A DNA stretch of 64,000 bases, taken from Octopus vulgaris (Eukaryota). Below the pieces are notes generated by a model. It was given only the letters and a program-made list of their open reading frames with translations, was not told the DNA's origin and searched no databases. Shown piece by piece: positions 50,301 to 62,300 of the stretch. Made by a program: the position numbers and the translations under genes. Location: NCBI GenBank assembly GCA_951406725.2, contig OX597824.1:65658001-65722000 (forward strand), read 5' to 3'. Position 1 is the first letter of the stretch, and every line of letters begins with the position of its first letter.

Positions 50301-53300
50301 GTTCAGGGAGGAGCTGCTTCACACAGCTACTACAGCATTATGACTGGGTACTGAACTAGCAGCTCAGCCACTCAAATGTGTATGTGATATATCTTGACTA
50401 GTACTAGGCAGAGAGGCAATGGTCAGCATGAGCAGGATCTGGAAGAGTAGAGACATCAGACTCGCTACCAAATGCAGATTGGTGAATGCAATTGTCTTCC
50501 CAATAGCAACATATGGATGCGAGACCTCTGGACACTAAAGAAAACTGACCAGAAGAGAATTAATGCATTCGAGCTTTGGTGTTGGAGAAGACTTTTACGG
50601 ATTCCATGGACAGCGAGGCTCACCAATGGAGAAGTTCTTAAGCAGATAAGGCCGAAAATGTCGCTAGAAGCTAGGATCACCAAGCATAGATTGGCATATT
50701 TCGGTCATATTATGCGGAGAAAATCCGCGGAGAAGGACATCATGCTCGGAATGGTCAGTGGCAAGAGAGAAAGAGGCCGACCAAGAACCCGCTGGCTTGA
50801 CACCATCAAGAGTGATACCGGAATGGACATAGCCAATCTGAAAGAAGCGGCCCAGGATAGAACTGACTGGAGGATACTGATCCGAGTGACCGAGAGTCGA
50901 CTTCGACTGAACAGTTAGAGAGATGTCAAAGCCTTTGACAAAGTTGATCATGGGATATGCCACAAACTGCGTGACTTTTGTATCACTGGAAAACTGGGTG
51001 AGTGGCTGCATGACTTTTTGAAAGGCAGAAGTCAGGCAGTTGCAACCAATGGTGCTCTCTCTGGGGAGACATCATTTCACTGCAGAGTTCCTCAAGGAAC
51101 TGTGCTGGGACCATTACTGTTTGTGATGGCTCTCTCAGCCACTTTCATAAGCTATCAAGAACCCTGATGACATATTAAAACTGCAAAATGACCTGAATGC
51201 AATGTACAAATGGGCTGATGAAACAAGCATGCAGGACCAGAGGTAGTGCAATCCCAGAGTCAGTCAGTCAGTAACCTGGGAATTCACATGAGTAATGAGG
51301 CAACATTCCATACTAAGATTGCAACACTGCAAGTGAGTAGTTGGATGGATTCTGAGGTCATTCACAACTAGGATAAAGGATACCATGCTACTCATATGGA
51401 GAACTTTCATTCTCAGTCATCTGGATCACTGCTCCCAGCTGTGATCACTGCAGAGCATCAAACTGGTGACAGAACTTGAGGCAATCCAGTGCCACTTCTC
51501 AAAGAAAATTGACTTGGTGAAACAGATGAGCTATTGGGAAAGGCTAAAGGAACTGAAGTGCTACTCTCTAGAGAAAAGGCATAGGAAATATGCAGTGATA
51601 TACACATGGAAGATCCTGGAAAGTTTAGCTCCCAAATTTGGAATTGGGAGCTATATCAACCATTGAGCTGGACAACATTGCATAGTATCAAAGATCCTGT
51701 CTTCTCCATCTAGAATTAGGCCTCAGTACTGTAACTGCTTGGGTTTCAAGGGTCCATAATGTTTAACATTCTGCCAGACAACCCCAGAAGTTTGTGAGGT
51801 GTAGATGTGGAAGCCTTCAAACAGCATCTGGACAAATTTTTATGAGATAGCAGATGAACCCATAGCACTGCAGGAAGAACAAAGAAGAGCAGTTCCATCT
51901 GACTACTTTAAAAACAGTACAGTAAAGAAACCCAAACTCACTGCAAGGCAGTGCTCAGTTTCTGCCTGAAACCTGTAAAACATAAAAGATATATATATGT
52001 GTGTGTGTATATATATATATACATACATGGACATATTTATACATGTGCGTGTGTGTATACATACATATTGTTGTACCTGATTCTCAACATCCATTGACAA
52101 GGCTGCAAAAGTAACGAAAAGTTTGGAAGGAAAAATATAAATAGTAAATGAGTGGAAATAGAACAGGTGAGTGTGTTAGATAATAAGACATTAAAACACC
52201 AGACACAACAAAATTTGCTTCAAGACACGAATTCACAGAAGAAATCTTGCAAACCAGATACAAAAATTAAGTATATATATGATATATATATATATATAAT
52301 AAATTTGATAGATCTAAATAAACTGAATATACCATAACATATATTTGCCTACTAAGTGTGGCATCCTATATAGGAGAGTGCTATTGATGTTTATAGCCCC
52401 AGGAAGACATCTCCTCTAGCTGGCTAAAGATACACATTCTGTGTCCAAATAGTATTTGTGAGGGGAGATCATTGCTCCCATCTCTAGTCTTATGTGATAC
52501 ACATGGACTCAAGTTTCTGGGTAGTTACCTGTCCTCAGTGTGTGTTAATCACCAGCTAGTGATAAATTCTTTATTATGATCATAAGATCTAACATAGAGG
52601 GTACAGCACATATAATGTTCATGAGTTCATTTAGTTTATGCAGTTAAAATATTAAATGATATACATTTGTGATGAGTGTTAATTATAATGAATTATTTCA
52701 TATTTTGGCCAGGAAGTCTACCAGCTACACCATACAAATTTACTGTGTATTTAAGCAGGGTCATTCATACCCAACTTCCTCATCACATCCTTCCGTCTTT
52801 TCCCGTATATGCTTCATGACAGACATCCCATCTCCAGCCCTATCTTGCTCTTCAGATGATATCTAAAGTAGTACAGTAAAACAGGGCTGTAGATGAAGGT
52901 TCCTGTCACGACTCCGTTCATCCTCGTTTTTACAATACATATTTCTTGTGACCTAAGGTCATCCAGGAGACAAGTTTGCTTCCATTTTGACTCTAGGCCA
53001 TGCACATTTATGCACCCTAACTTAATTCCTTAGAAATCTGTACTTACATTTTGATTTTGGTGAGGGTTTGCATGAATTCAGCTTCCCACCCCCATCCTCC
53101 TCATTCTATGGTGTAGCCGCTGGACTCACAAAGAAGCTCTTGCCAGCCATCTCTGTGCTTACGTCCTTTATATCTTTGTGTCAGTTCATTGAACAAACCT
53201 GCTTCCATCCTGGCCATCTGAATGTGAGCTGGCAAGTCTTGGCTTGCTTTGTACACTTCTGCTTTATGATGTGCATGTATAATTCATGACAAAGCTTTGT

Positions 53301-56300
53301 TGCTGACTTTAAATGATACAATTTTGTATTGTATTTTGGGGTGGGGTTTGGAGATGGGTTTTAACAGGGGGATGGTGTTTCTGTATGGGGAGGGGAGTCT
53401 GGGACTGAGGCCTTTTTTTTCTTTTTTGAGATTTCACTAATGTAAATCCTATTTCTTCTTCTGTGGTTGGTGTTTCTTGCCTTGGTTTGCTTTCCTTGGG
53501 CACTTCTACTTATTTTTTGGTTGTTTTCCTTTTCCTTCTGTATCTTTAGATTTTTGCTGAAGAGGGGCTTTGCTCTTTTTCTCTTTGCATTCTGAGCAGG
53601 CGTGGCCTTTTTTGCTGCACTTAAAACAGTGCGGCCTATATCCTTCAATGCTCACTCTTATGCTCAGCCCCTCCTCTATGAACACCTTATCAGGAAGTCC
53701 TTCAAGGATTTCAGGACTGGCTTGGACTACCATTTCAAGTAACTGGCCTTTCCAATTTCCTGCCTCTTTTTTCTGTATTTGTAGTATTGGCATTTTTTCT
53801 TCCATGTCGTATGTTACGGCTGCTACAAACCACTACACATCCAAACCAGCCAGAATCTCCTCCACTTTAATTTTCATCCTTCTCCTACCTAGATAAGTTG
53901 GCTGGAGAATTATTTCATTGTTTCTCAGTGTTAATGTCAACAGTTCATTTGCTGTACTCTCGTCAGTGAATTGTACCTCCACTGTAGCACTTCTTATACC
54001 ACATCTGACGTTTTTTATTTTATTCCAGACGTGTTGCATGCACTTCTGAATTACTTCATTCTTGACAGACATTGTTTCTCCTTAAGACTGTATGTTTTAT
54101 AGACCACAGTCTTGGTAGCTATATTCTGTAGTATATCTTGGGGAGGGAGCTACTTTGTATCATTCCCTGTTTTCTTTATCATATTCCGGTATTTAAATAA
54201 TTCTGCCATAGATACATTCAAATTCACCATATTGCTGCCAATGGCAGCTGAAAAACTGGGTCTTTCCTTCTGAACTTGTTTTTCCCCTTCCTTTTCGCCC
54301 TCTTTTGCCCTTTCCATCTCTGGGAAGTCCAAAATTGACTCTAAGTCAAATTCCATATTAAATACAAAATTCTTTAACAGGACACGCAAAATGTTTTCAA
54401 AAACTGACAAAAAAATTTTTTGCCAAAAAAATTGTCTTTTACAAAAAATAATTTTTAAACAGAACAATTTTTTCCCTGTAAAAGGGCAAAAATCAAAGTT
54501 CACAGTTCTCCAACATAACAGAACTTTCTGCCCTGCAGGGTGAAAACAACTGTTAACAAAATAACCGAGGTTCAAACTTCACAGGTTTAACAATTCAATG
54601 GAATAAAACACAAACAGTAGAAGCATAACATTAGAATTACCGCAAAACGAACTCACAAAAATCCAACAATTACAAGCTCGTGATGGAAGTTTATTCCACT
54701 TGCAAATTACTATGTATTTTCCAGCGACTCACTGTCACTGATCTCGAAGAAGAGAGAGAATGTTATATTAAATCTCTGAACGAGATATAAACAGTAGCAA
54801 TACGGTGCCATAACATATTTTTGCCAACTAAGTGTGCCATCCTATACAGGACAGTGCTACTGATGTTCACAGCCCCAGGAAGACATCTCCTCCAGTTAAC
54901 TAAATACACTCATTCTGTGTCCAATTAGTATTTGCGAGGGGAGGTCATCACTCCCATCTCTAGCCTTATGTGATACACACAGACTCTAGTTTCTGGGTGG
55001 TTACCCGTCCTTAGCGTGTGTTAATCACCAGCTACTTGCTCAGAGATTTATTGTAACAAACATGGGGCTATAAACATCAGTAGCACTGTCCTGTAAAGGG
55101 CACCATACTTAGTTGGCAAATATATGTTATGGTTCCGTGCTGCTACTGTTTATATCTCACTCAGAGATTTAATATAACATTTTCTCTTCTATGAGATCAG
55201 CGACAGTGAATCGCGAGAAAAATATATAGTAATTTGTGAGCAGAATAAGCTTCCATCACTAACTGATGATTAACATACTCTGAGGATGGGTAACCACCCA
55301 GAAACTTGAGTCTGTGCATATCACATAAGGCTAGAGATGGGAGCGATGACCTCTCCTCGCAAATACTAATCAGACTCAGAGTATGTCATTGGCCAGCTGG
55401 TGGAGATGTCTTCCTGGGGCTATAAGCATCAGGTGCACTGTCTTGTATAGGATGCCACACTTAGTTGGCAAATATATGTTAGAGTTCTGTACTGCTACTG
55501 TTTATATCTTGCTGAGAGATGTAATATAACATTCTTCTATGAAGTAATATAGTTTTTAAAATAAAACCTAATAGAGAGTTTCCTTTAGGTATTTTTACAA
55601 TAAAATTTACAGTCTATGGGAACTGAAATAATTCAATATAAATGGTTTTACTGTGGTTAGTAGTCACTGTAACTTGTAATGAATGGTATTTGGCATTATG
55701 ATGTAATACTTGAGTTATGTGACATATTTGAGTTATGTAATTAGCTTATGGTGTCAGCTTGTATATATTCGAAATGCTTAGTCATTAGCTATTATTATTT
55801 TGCATTTACTAAGTTTGGAATATTTTCAATCAAACAGTTTATGAAAATAATGTTAGGTCTAGGTTTTTACTCCTATTTACCACATACACGTTATGTTTCA
55901 GACTTATGAACCAACATGGTTCTTTTTTTTTTTTAATCCCTGTTGGTAGCTACATCATACTGTCTGGTTTACTATACCCATAGATGCCTTTAGCAAAGTT
56001 CAGTCATTAGCAAGCATTCAGACCAGGCTTTCAGCTGAGGTCAATGTGAACTCATGATGCACTGGCACTCTCTATGCTTCCTGTCATGGCAAAAAATAAT
56101 TCTAAATGACAAGACAGTTTTCTTTCTTCTTCTCCACTATCCATGACTGATACAACCTATATACAAACCACACATCCTCTTCTCTGATACAGAATTCTTC
56201 CTCCATTTATGCTGTCAATACTATATTCTATACTCAAACTTCACTCTGAAAGGTGGTGTCTACCACTCAACTTTCTCGTTGGATATCAACAACTAAAACC

Positions 56301-59300
56301 TGCAATTACTGTTTTCCTGTCTGTTTTCCTGTTTACTAGAATTTTGGACTTTGCTAAGTTAACTTTAAGGACTGTTGGTTCCAGGTTTTGCTTCCACACC
56401 TACAATTTCTTTCTTAATTTTACTACAGATTACACTATAAGAACAAGGCTATCAGTATAAAGGAGACTATGGGCAACTGGTCTTAAAATCCTCTTTTATA
56501 ACCTGGAGAACTGTGATAATTAAGGGACAGAGAGTTGAGTTCTGGTGATCTACTTTTACACTAAATTCATTGCTGTACTCAGTGCTAACTCTCATACTGA
56601 CGGCACCTCAGTACATAGCTTAAATGACTCTTACCAACCATTTGTCTATTCTTAGCTTCCACTGCAACCATCAGGTCAGAGTGTAAGGTATCTTGTAAAA
56701 GGCTTTTTCTAGATCAACTAAAGCCAAGTACAACAGTTTATTTTTGGCTAAATACTTCTGCTTTACTAGAAAGAGAGCATCAGTAGTACTTCTTGGTACA
56801 AATTCAAACTGCATCTCATATAGTCTAACTCTCATCTGAATTAGTTATAAATCCTTCTGTAACTTTCATGACCTGATCCAGCAACTTGATATTCTGTAAT
56901 TACTCCTCTCTAAGGTATCTATTGCCTGCCCTCATTAATTTTTCCTGTATGTTATAGGTCCTCTTCCTCCTGCTCATCAGATGCTTCAGTTAGGACTTCT
57001 CTAAATCCCTGACTATTCAATGGCTCTTTAAGCTTCCATATCTCTCTTTTCCAGACTGGTTTGTGTCTCTAAGTTCTTCCAGTTCTAACTACTAACTTAC
57101 GTTGAATAGAACATCCTTCACAGGAGAAGGACTTTGCATTTACAACCATCTCCTTTCTTGTGAGAAAGTAATCACTCTGGCTTGTGTGCTCACCAGATTG
57201 ATCAGGTACTGGCAGGTTTCTTGAAGTTAATGTTGCAGATGATTTGGTCATTTGTATCACAACTCCTAGAGTCTTGTTCCCACCTCAAGATATATACATG
57301 TAGTTATGGCTATGTATGTGTATATATTTATATGTTAATGTATGTTGATATTGTATCTTATTTATTTTCAGGATGACAGTAGTTTGTACATATTCTTCAT
57401 TATACTCCTTGCTGTTTTTGTTATCAAACTATACCGGAAAGTTTTGACAGGTAAAAAGTAAAATATTTTTAGCTGAATTATTTTCAATTTCTCTCTCTTG
57501 CATTAAATGTTTACTGTTTTTCCTCAGGTATAAGGTCACTGAAGAATAAGTGGGGAGCTTCTGTTAAATATTTCTCTTGGCAGAAAGAACATTTGCGATA
57601 TCTAGCATGATGTTTTTGTAATTAACTAGCTAGTGTTTTAATGAATTTATGAATCTAAGTCCTTGATTTGTTGGTATAATAAAAGTTTTATACATAAGCT
57701 ATGGGATTTGATAAATTTGTGCCGTTTCAAAGATTATTAACAATATAAGTAGAAAGCAAAATCAAGTTAGATACATCATCATCATTGTCGTTTAACATCT
57801 GCTTTCCATGCTGGCATGGGTTGGATTGTTTGACTGAGGGCTGGCGAGCCAGAAGGCTGCACCAGGCTCCAATCTGATCTGGCAAAGTTTCTACAGCTGG
57901 ATGCCCTTCCTAACGCCAATCACTCCAAGAGTGTAGTGGATACTTTTACGTGCCACCTGCACAGGAGCCAGTCCAACAGTACTGGCAACGACCACACTTG
58001 AATGGTGTTTTTTTACATACCACTGGCACAGGAGCCAGTCAGGCGATGCTGGCAATGATCATGCTTGAATGGTGTTTTTTTTTTTGTGTCACCAGCCCTG
58101 GCAATGATCACACTCAAATGGTGCTTTTAATGTTCCAGGTGGTACTGTCATTGGCCATGACAATGATTTCACTTGTCTCAACATGTCTTCGCAAGCATAG
58201 TTTATTATTCAATGATTGAAGAGTACTCTTAAATAGGCTGGTTATGTAGCATTGGCTTAAGCCACGGTTATAGTCCCACTTGGCTTGCCGGGTCTTCTCA
58301 ATCATAGCATATCTCCAAAGGTCTTGGTCACTTGTCATTGCCTCAGTGAAGCCCAGTATTTGAAGGGCGTACTTCACCACCTCATCCCAGGTCTTCCTGG
58401 GTCTACCTCTTCCACAGGTTTCCTCAACTGCTAGGATGTGACACTTTTTCACACAGCTGTCCCCATCCATTTGCAACACGTGACCATACCAGTGCAGTCG
58501 TCTCTCTTGCGCACCATATCTGATGCTTCTTAAGTCCAACTTTTCTCTCATGGCACTTACACTGTCGTGTATGCACACTGACATTGCACATCCAGTGGAG
58601 CATAAAGGCTTCATTCCTTGCAAGCTTGCACATGTCCTCAGGAGTCATGGCCCATGTTTCACTGCCGTGTAGCATGTCTGTTTCACATGTGTCATATAGT
58701 CTACTTTTTACTCTGAGCTAGAGGCCCTTTGTCACCAGCAGAGGTAGGAGCTCTCTGAACTTTGCCCAGGCTATTCTTATTCTAGCAGCTACACTTTCAG
58801 AGCATCCAACTTGGTCACCTAGGTAACGGAAGCTATCAACTATTTGTAGTTTTTCCCCCTGAAATATGACAGAAGTTGTTCTCTGCACATTTTCAGTGTT
58901 TATTGCTCCTGAGCATTTGCCACACACAAAAAATATCTTCCCAGTTAGCCTTCTTTTGATATTGCTGCACTTTTTATATGTCCATAGCTTACACTGGGTA
59001 CATCTTATGGAGTTTCTACTTACACCTTTTCTACAGATCGAGCAGGGCCATCTACCTGAAGGGATTTGTGGTTTGTCTGCCTTCCTACTTATTAAGACTT
59101 TGGTTTTTGCTAGGTTGACTCTAAGGCCCTTCAATTCTAGTCCTTGCTTCCACACCTGAAACTTCTCTAATTCTGATAGTGACTCAGCTATTAGAGCAAG
59201 GTCGTCAGCATACAGGAGCTCTCAGGGACATCCTGTCTTGAATTCCTCTGTTATTGCCTTGAGGGCTATGATGAATAAGAGGAGACTGAGGACTGATCCT

Positions 59301-62300
59301 TGGTGGACCCCTACCTGGAATTCTTCACTGTACTCGTTGCCAACCCTCACCTTACTGACAGCATCCCTGTACATGGCTCGCACAGCTCTCACTAACCATT
59401 CATCTATCTCTAGTTTCTTCATTGACCACCAGATAAGGGATCGGGGGACCCTGTCAAAAGCTTTCTCCATGTCAACAAAAGCCAGGTACAGAAGTTTATT
59501 TTTGGCTAAGTATTTCTCCTGCAGCTGTCTTACCAGAAATATAGCATCAGTGGTGGGTGGCCACATTATGTGACTTGCTAAAATTATGATAAAAATGTGT
59601 GAAGTGAAGTACACCTTGTCACCACCATCTTTATTCGCTCTTTCCACCTTATATAATGCAGGGTCATTATGTATCTCCTCTACAGCAATGTGCTTATTCT
59701 TGTTTTGTTTATAATACATTAGCATCTCCACACCTAGCATAAAACCATCTCTCTTTTTCTATTATACCCCCATTCAGTTAAGGGGGCTTTTTTGTCTTTT
59801 TTTTTGCTTGGTGACCTTGCTAGTGCCATTTCCATGAAAAATGCATACAGTAAAGTGGTTGGCATTAGGAAGGGCATCCAACTGTAGAAACTAAACCAAA
59901 ACAGACACTGGAGCATGTAACAGTCCTCCAGTGTATTGGATCCTGTTAAATCAATCAATCCATGCCAGCATAGAAGACTGACTTTCAATGATGATGATTG
60001 ATGTGAATCTGCTTTCAATAGAAAGTGAAACCAAATCATTTTTGGGTGAGACCAGAAAAACATTATTGATAAAGCATGAAAACAAAGTTTCCCAATCATA
60101 TTGTTTTGGGTTCAGTTCCACTGCATGGCACCTTGGACAAGTGTCTTCTACTATCGCCTCAGGCCAACCAAATCCTTGTGAGTGGATCTGGTCAACAGAA
60201 ACTTAGAAGCCCATCATGTGTATGTTTGTGTCTCCTTGTCTTGACATAGTGTGATAGTTGTAAATAAATGTCACTGTCTTATAAGAAGTGTCATTTAATT
60301 TCTGTTCTACAAAAACATGTCTGGCCATGGGAAAATATTACCTTGCTTGAAGGGCATCCAGCCATAGAACTCTGCCTCATTAAACTTTATCTGATCCATA
60401 GAAGCAATGAAAAAGTGGGCATTAGAATGATAATGATCATGGTTTGATGCTAATGGGCAAACAAAGTTTTCTCATTGACGTCCAGTATATATTCATTGAT
60501 TCTAGATAAATTTGATGACTCTTTGGTGTTTAGCAAACTGGCTAACAAAAGGATCTTATTGAAAGATCATTGGTACTTTATACTTTGAGTTCAAATCACA
60601 CTAGAACTGGCTTTCAGCCTTCTGGTGTTGCCTTTTTTTTACCTTCTGAGTCAGATAAAATAAATGCAAGTGAAGTAATGAATTGATTAAATTGACACTA
60701 TCAACCCCTCCTCACCATACCCTTAAATAATATTTGTGACCTTGTGCTGCTGTTAGAAATGATTATTACTGTCATTATTTTAGAATTGGCATATTCAAGT
60801 TTAATTGCTTTACAATTGATAAAAGATGACTTTGTATTAATGAAAGGAATCATAATATTAGGATGGTGAATTGGCAGTATTGCCTGCATATTTGGGGAAA
60901 TGTTTTTGCAGTAGCTGTTCTAGTTCTTTATATTCTGAGTTCAAATCCACCAATGTCAACTTTGCCTTTCATTCCTCTAGCATCAGTAATGTTAAGTAAC
61001 AATCATGTACTAGAGTCAATATATTCAACTGTTTCCTTCCTTCTCTCAAATTTCTAACCTTATGGTTTTGTTAGAAACAATTGTTTGTATTATGGTGATG
61101 ACTTTGCCTTTTGTTCTTCAGGAGATGTTAAAGTAAATCTTAATCAATTATGAGGTTTAATTTGATCATCCTTAAATGTATATGGCTTTATGTCAATGCT
61201 AGAAATTGTCAAGTAAAATGCATTGAGTGCCAGTAAGATACTAGAATTGATTAATTTAATTGTGTTTCTCTCCTATAATATGTGGCCTTGTATCAACATA
61301 AGAAATCATTGCATTTAGTTATTTTTTTCTAAGTTCAAATAATACCAGTGTCAACTTAGCATTTCCTCTTTCTATGATTGATAAGATTAGTGGCAGTCAA
61401 GTACTGTGATATAATTGACCATACCTTCCTCACAAATTTCTGGTCTTTTGTCTATGTAACAAATTATTATTAGGGTGGAATTGTTGGACAAAATATCTAA
61501 CAGTTTTTAGTTCAGGTTCTTTACATTCTGAGTTCAAATCCTACTGAGATCAACTTTGCTTTGCAGCCTTCTAGGATTAATAAAATTAAGTACCACTCAA
61601 ATACTGGAATCAATGTGATCAAGTGCTCCTTGGTCTATATTTGATTTGTGCTTATATTAGAAATTAAAGTGGTGGTGAATCAACAGAATCATTCTGAATT
61701 CCAGTCCTGTCAAGGTCACCTTCTCCTTTCATCTCTTAAACATCAATAAAATAAAGTAGCAAACACTGAAGTCATATATTTGATTTTCATCTCCACCCAA
61801 ATTTCTGGCCTTATGTCTACATTAGAAACAATTATTATTATAACATCAACCTCAGAGGGTAGCATATTGATCTCAGAATCATATTAATGTTAGGAATCAT
61901 TATTATTGATATTAGTGTAATCAAATGGCAGACAAGTTAACTTACAGTATGTAGTTATGCTGTGATTACCTTTATCTTTCATCCTTCGAAGGACTATAGA
62001 ATAATTACTGGTGTTGATTTCAATCAGTTAGATTCCCTTCCCCTTCTTCCATATTATCTGACCTTGTACATATATCAAATGATTATTTAAGTGTTACTCT
62101 GCAATGCAAGATTGATGAGTGAACCATCAAATAAACATTGACTGTATGATATCATGAATTATAATAACTACAAACTATCTCTTATTTTCTTCCTTTCTAC
62201 ACAGAATCAGTTTTGTTTCTGACTGCCATTGGTGTCCAGATTGAAACAAAGTTCCTGTTTGGTCATTGCACCACCAAATTTATTGACATGACCCACATCA

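Larger units (their letters stand above)
52332..55535. mobile_element. retrozyme-like ~352-355-bp repeat array with hammerhead motifs, interrupted by a LINE
   Basis: Partial unit 52332-52563, full unit 54675-55034, inverted 1.3 units 55063-55535 (GGGGCTATAA recurs at 55064 and 55416). Confidence 0.8.

Noticed and set aside
52332-55034. LTR retrotransposon (230-bp direct repeats around a gag-like ORF)
   Set aside because: The repeats are consecutive units of a tandem element. The uninterrupted target site exists at ~55245-55265, and the insert has its own TSD, an APE-like ORF2 start and a poly(A) signal.
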